Assembly: GCA_030295235.1 (NCBI GenBank)
Contig: AP026124.1
Span: 1,984,001-2,048,000, forward strand
DNA length: 64,000 nt
Reading direction: 5' to 3'
Origin: Fistulifera solaris
Lineage: Eukaryota
Part shown: positions 59,474 to 64,000 of the stretch, piece by piece
Layout: each line of letters starts with the position of its first letter
Numbering within the stretch: the first letter of the stretch is position 1
Program-made: the position numbers and the translations under genes
Notes under the pieces: model-generated
What the model saw: only the letters and a program-made list of their open reading frames with translations
What the model was told of the DNA's origin: nothing
Databases searched by the model: none

Positions 59474-60820
59474 ATGCCGTCGTTGGTCATTGAATATAGA
59501 CAGGAGTTATAGCCTCTAAAGATACTTCGTAAACACTTGAACGAGAAAACAATGTTGAATTTATCCTACCACCGTCTTCCCACTACGCCGAATTATCACA
59601 GTGCAGGGTGCGCATTGCAGTCTTTGAATTTTATCTCGATCTCGGCGAAGACACGTTTTGCCGAATGCAGCGAATGACCTACCAGTCCTTCTTGGTTTTG
59701 CACGGGATGCTCCAAGACAAGATTGAGCGGGCCGTGCGACATAGGCGCCTTGTGCAAGTGGGCGCATGCTCAGAAATTGACGGCAGAAGACTAAGTGTCG
59801 AATTGGCAACCGCGATTTTACAAGAATGAAATTGAGACTTCCGTGCGCCTCGCGATAGCCTCACGCTACTTTGCAGACGGTTATTTGCCAAAGATTTCGA
59901 AGCTTTACGGTGTAGGATTGACCGATTGCAACTACAGTGTCTGGGACGTGGTGAAATGCCATCAATGCCCATCCGGACTTTTCGATTGAATATCCTTCGG
60001 ACCATGACGAGCAACGCAAGATTGCGCAAGGCTTTCAAGTCCAATCGAGGGTTGGATTCAGCAAGTGTGCTGAAGCTGTCGATGGTATTCTGATTTGGAC
60101 GCGTCCTGTTGCGATAAAGATACTAAAGACTCTGGGTGCGACGCTGGGGCTTTTTATTGTCCGAAATTGAACAAGGATGGAGTGAACTGCCAGGTCGTTA
60201 GTGATAGTCGTGGTAAAATCATTAATATTTCCATTGCTTGTCCTGGAGTTGAGACAGATTAAATCGCATTTCAGTCAAGTGCGCTGTTCCCAAAATTGGA
60301 CTTCAAGGAAGGTTTTCTTGCGCCGAATTATTCCTATTCGGGGACAATGCATACATCAATACGCGCTATCTGGCCACTCCATTTTGTGAGCTTTCCACTC
60401 GTTCGGAAATGCGGTACAATTACTATAACTTACAGCTCCGTATTCGAGTTGAATGTGCGCTGGGCATGCTCGTTGATCGTTGGGGGATATTACGAACTGC
60501 TTTCCCCAAAGGAATCAATCTTTACAAGTCCATTAGCTTGACTCTGCTTTAGCGAAGCTTCATAACTTTTGCTTGGATCGGAACGATGCTTTGCGGCCAC
60601 TGACGCGTTTGTATTATTTGAATATTCGATGTCCGAGAAAAGGGTACGTTCCGCTGGAGGATCCCCCGATTCGACTTGCCGACAAGAGCTTGCCACATGT
60701 ACCAAACGCGTTGCTTGGTGGCGGGGATTTCAATTACGAGCACCCGGATGGTCTGGATGACATGGGCGGCGACCGAGAAATGGATGATCTTCCTCACGAT
60801 ATCTTGTGGCGATAAACAAT
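59474..60820 (+). mobile_element. Decayed PIF/Harbinger (DDE_Tnp_4, HARBI1-like) transposase remnant
   Basis: Reading across frames: FCRMQRMTYQSF, SVRLAIASRYFADG, IEYPSDHDEQRKIAQGF, CAEAVDGILIW, VNCQVVSDSRGKI, LFGDNAYIN, QLRIRVECALGMLVDRWGILR and LAKLHNFC. True in-frame TAA at about 60260 plus several frameshifts. Termini not identified; boundaries approximate. Confidence 0.88.
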
Positions 60821-61231
60821 ACAAAGTCAAAGAAATACAACTCTTTGAAACGTAAACTCTTTTGAAATTAGTCGTCGTTCATTTTGCTCTGTCAATCGAT
60901 TAGATTATAGATTACTACGTACTTGACACTTGGCTAGATCCATTAGGAAGGACCAGAAAGCAAAGATATTGATGTTGTACGTTTTATACGTAGTACTCGT
61001 ACCGAGTTGTATAGCTCTAACGCTAACGTTGCAAAACGATACCTGGTACTTACACAAAATTGAGCGATTGCGGTCTGTGTGTACATCCGTTCGCATTAAA
61101 GACGAAACAAAAACAAAACCGCAAAACATCGCGATCGCGAAAAGCGAGGAGATGATGATGCTCTTCATTATTTATTTACTTGCTTGAGACCCAGCTTTTG
61201 TAACTTATTGTATGTTATTATCAAGAAGAAG

Positions 61232-61899
61232 ATGCCAGAATCAAAGGAAGACGATGAACAAGTCCCCGACATGTCGCTCCTCGACATTATAGACGGCAAG
61301 AATGAACGAGAAATTCCCATCGCCAAGTTCATCGACGACATTGGCAAGTTTTCCGAATCGTTCCAGCCTCCGGCCTCTGCTGAGTTGCTGATTGGAGCTT
61401 ATACTCAGCTTTACAATAAGTACAAATCATATGAGGCGTCGCTCACCCGAAAACGTACGTATTGATTTCGTAAGGACGTCGGTCGATTCTGTCAAGACCT
61501 AACTCAATTTGTTGACTGCCGAACAGAACAACATTTAGATGTAAAAATACCCGATCTAGAAAACTCTCTAAAGTTGATTCAGCAGCTACTGAAAAGAAAG
61601 AAGAAGGAGAAAGTGGTGTCGTCCGTTACAGTTTGGCTGATAACATTTACGCGAAAGCCGATTTGGATTACGATGGAACCGTGAATTTGTGGTTGGGTGC
61701 CAATGTCATGTTAGAATATACATATGAAGAGGCGATTGAGTTCCTTGCGAAAAATGAGAGTCGTGCCAAGTCGGAAGCGGGGGAGGTGGAAAAGGATTTG
61801 GCATTTGTACGAGATCAAATAGTCGTATGTGAAGTGCTGCAGAGTCGTATTTATAATTGGGATGTTCGAAGGCGAAGGGCTCTCGAACAAAAGGCTTAG
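61232..61899 (+). CDS. PFDN3: Prefoldin subunit 3 (VBP1)
   Basis: IPIAKFIDD, YNKYKSYE, intron 61455-61526, KIPDLENSL and YSLADNIYAKA..VNLWLGANVMLEY..RDQIVVCEV..RIYNWDV. Frame break near 61600. Confidence 0.93.
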
Positions 61900-62137
61900 G
61901 GAATCGACAAATAACTATTGTTGCAGTCGGTCAAAGTTAGCCCAGTTGTTTTTCAATAATCCTATAGTAGCCTTGCAGGTGGTGCTTCAGAGTTGAAAAA
62001 GGGACGATCGAAGGAGAAGAGTTCTCGAACAGCAAGAAGAACGATTCGACCAAATGTTGTTAGAAAGGTTGAAAGCTAAAAAATCACTTTGTGGTAACTT
62101 CTTTGAATTTAGTAATACGCATGGCAGCTGAATCACA

Positions 62138-63132
62138 TTAGCTGTCCGTTTGAGTTCCATGTAACGGCTTGAGCAACTCATGGTCAAGAGTAGCAAGCAC
62201 CAGACGTGCCGAGAGAGAGTCGCCTTGCGCATCCAGCACCAAAGGTCGACCACCCCAGTGAAAGAATAGCGTAGCATCAAGTTCGTGATCCAGATGCGAT
62301 TGAGAACAATATTGCAGCATCGATTTGGCTTCTTTGATGGAAAAGACCAAAATGACTTCGGAATTCACATCCTCCGGAATATTCTGATTCTCGTCATCCT
62401 CGCGACTTCGATTCTGATGGAAATCAAATTCATAAAACTCGTCACATCCTACCGCTGTTTCCGTTTTCAAAATACTGGCGTGTGTGGCCTGCAAGACCGC
62501 GTTTTGACTTGTCGTGGTGGCCGCGTCGGTGTGATGAAACGACGATGCCGAAACACATTGCGCATCGTTCCGAATGACCAATGCCGCTTGATTTGTATTT
62601 TTCAACGGCTCTAACAGTCGCAACAACACTTTGGGTGAACTGCGAATTTCCGAAGCATCTTCCGTGGGTGCTACAGGTGTCACTCCCGTTGCGTCGGCCG
62701 CTTTCATCCGGTGCACGACAGTCATGACAGCGTCTTGATGTTGAATTTGAAATTCAAACGAAAGAAACAGAGCATCAGCAATGATTTCACTTTTGATGCG
62801 CAATCCAGCAACGCCTTTGCGGGGCTTTACTACGGCGGCGAGTGCTCGCAGTGAGGCCCGACACGAGAAACGGTCCTCGTCGGTTTGCGATTCTTGACTG
62901 CTCTCACGGCGTCGTTTTTTGACGCGTGATGACAGTGGAGGAGCCGTGCATCTTTCGAAAAAGGAGGATTCAAACCGGAAACAGGCAAAGGCGGACTTGC
63001 CGTCATTGATCGTCCGCAAGGACAGCCCCTCGATGACATCGAACTCCAAATAAAGATCTTTTCCGATTCGACTCAAACATCCGATAGAAGAACAAAAGGA
63101 CGGACCGCGTGACCAGGAATTACGCAGTCCAT
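62138..63132 (-). CDS. RAD9: 9-1-1 checkpoint clamp subunit RAD9
   Basis: MDCVIPG..FCSSIGCLSRIGKDLYLE..LSLRTINDGKSAFACFRFESSFF..LVFSIKEAKSMLQYC..FHWGGRPLVL..ARLVLATL. Frame break near 63095-63110. Confidence 0.88.
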
Positions 63133-63571
63133 CTCACTTTTTATTGAAAGAGGGCGATTAATAAAAGCGTTCAGAATACTTCAATTGGACCGCCATCGTC
63201 TGCACGGGAAAAGTCGAAAGGACCGAACCACCACAGAAGCAGTCCCGTATTGAGTGAATCATGAGTTGCCAGAACGGGGGAGAATAAAAGAGACGGACCG
63301 AGGAACACGATAGGACAGTAGTCAATGAGGAACGTTACCACAGTCTACTTCATACTCTTTCTCCCCCACCGCTCTACTCCGAATAGAAAACGAAGCGAAG
63401 TGACCGAAACAACCGTGAAAACAAAATGCGAACCGATCCGTCCCTACCAGTACAGGCGTTCTTTCTTTCTTTGATAGCCAATGAATTAAGTTGTGATGAA
63501 TAAAGCACGTTTGTGGTTTGTGTTCCGCTTGAGTCACATGAACGAACGTAAAAAGTCCGCGAAGGAAGTAC

Positions 63572-64000
63572 CTACATTACATTGGATACAAGATACAAGG
63601 CACGACGACGACTCCCCACACTCCGAGAAAAGCGTTTGGCAATTTCTATCGGCGATTGCACGAATACATTCCGTATATAATTATTATATTTCTTCTTCTT
63701 GAAAGACGAAAACAATGGTGATCGAAATAATGAAAGTCGATGAAACAATACCAAGCAACATGGTCAAGCTCTCAGCTGCTCGGGATGATGTAAAATACGT
63801 GGAAGGGGTATGCATCAGCATGTACCCATCATCATCTACGCTATCCGATTTATGGCCCGAGTCCGACGCCGATGATACGTCAAGCTTATCACTATGTGGT
63901 TCACATGGTGCTCTCAGTTGGAAGTCGTCTGCTGACATAGATCCGACAGAGAAGATACCGGCACTCGTACTGGCTCCCGAAAGCCAGGAAATTATCGAGA
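63572..64000 (-). CDS. 3' end of a gene running off the window; C-terminal TM helix
   Basis: Frame of ORF 63684-63938 stays open to the window edge. Hydrophobic LLGIVSSTFIISITIVFVF is probably followed by KKKK.. (ORF ending at 63572) through a frame break. Confidence 0.5.

Noticed and set aside
59100..60950. Terminal inverted repeats and target-site duplication for the Harbinger element
   Set aside because: I could not find a matching inverted pair by eye.
1..63132. DNA-repair gene cluster (POLK, AlkB x2, RAD23, RAD9)
   Set aside because: The genes are spread over 63 kb among unrelated housekeeping genes, with no evidence of co-regulation.
1237..63700. Programmed ribosomal frameshifting or mass pseudogenisation
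   Set aside because: Breaks go in both directions, share no slippery motif, sit mostly in homopolymers and hit essential genes such as FARSA and RPN8. Sequencing error is far simpler.
1..64000. tRNA, rRNA or snRNA genes
   Set aside because: No cloverleaf, A/B-box pair or rRNA/snRNA signature was recognised. A tRNAscan-SE or Infernal run would be needed to exclude them.

Overview
A gene-dense eukaryotic nuclear segment of moderate GC, with short GT-AG introns (about 65-100 nt) and bipartite-type targeting peptides. It is most consistent with a diatom, probably a pennate; this is inference from gene content and style. About 38 protein-coding loci can be reconstructed. Conserved housekeeping genes include POLK, RPN8, eIF2B-beta, KCR, MTHFS, DHX35, an OSR1/SPAK-like kinase, FARSA, a mitochondrial ferredoxin, MRS2, GSS, an SLC25 carrier, RAD23, ATG12, SRRM1, prefoldin 3 and RAD9. 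The window also holds several lineage-type hypothetical proteins and a decayed PIF/Harbinger transposase. Roughly 30 one- or two-base frame breaks, mostly in homopolymers and including essential genes, point to an unpolished long-read assembly rather than biology, so the ORF track splits many genes. I saw no tRNA, rRNA or CRISPR array. The best second-look items are: a KNL2/M18BP1-like centromere protein candidate with two CENP-C-type motifs; a PutA/P5CDH-like ALDH that keeps the catalytic Cys but lacks the general-base Glu; a zinc finger plus double-AlkB gene with a partial tandem duplicate; an MRS2/EF-hand fusion; and a recurrent GTAC/ACCGGT palindromic motif in promoter regions. All family calls are by-eye motif recognition; no searches were run.
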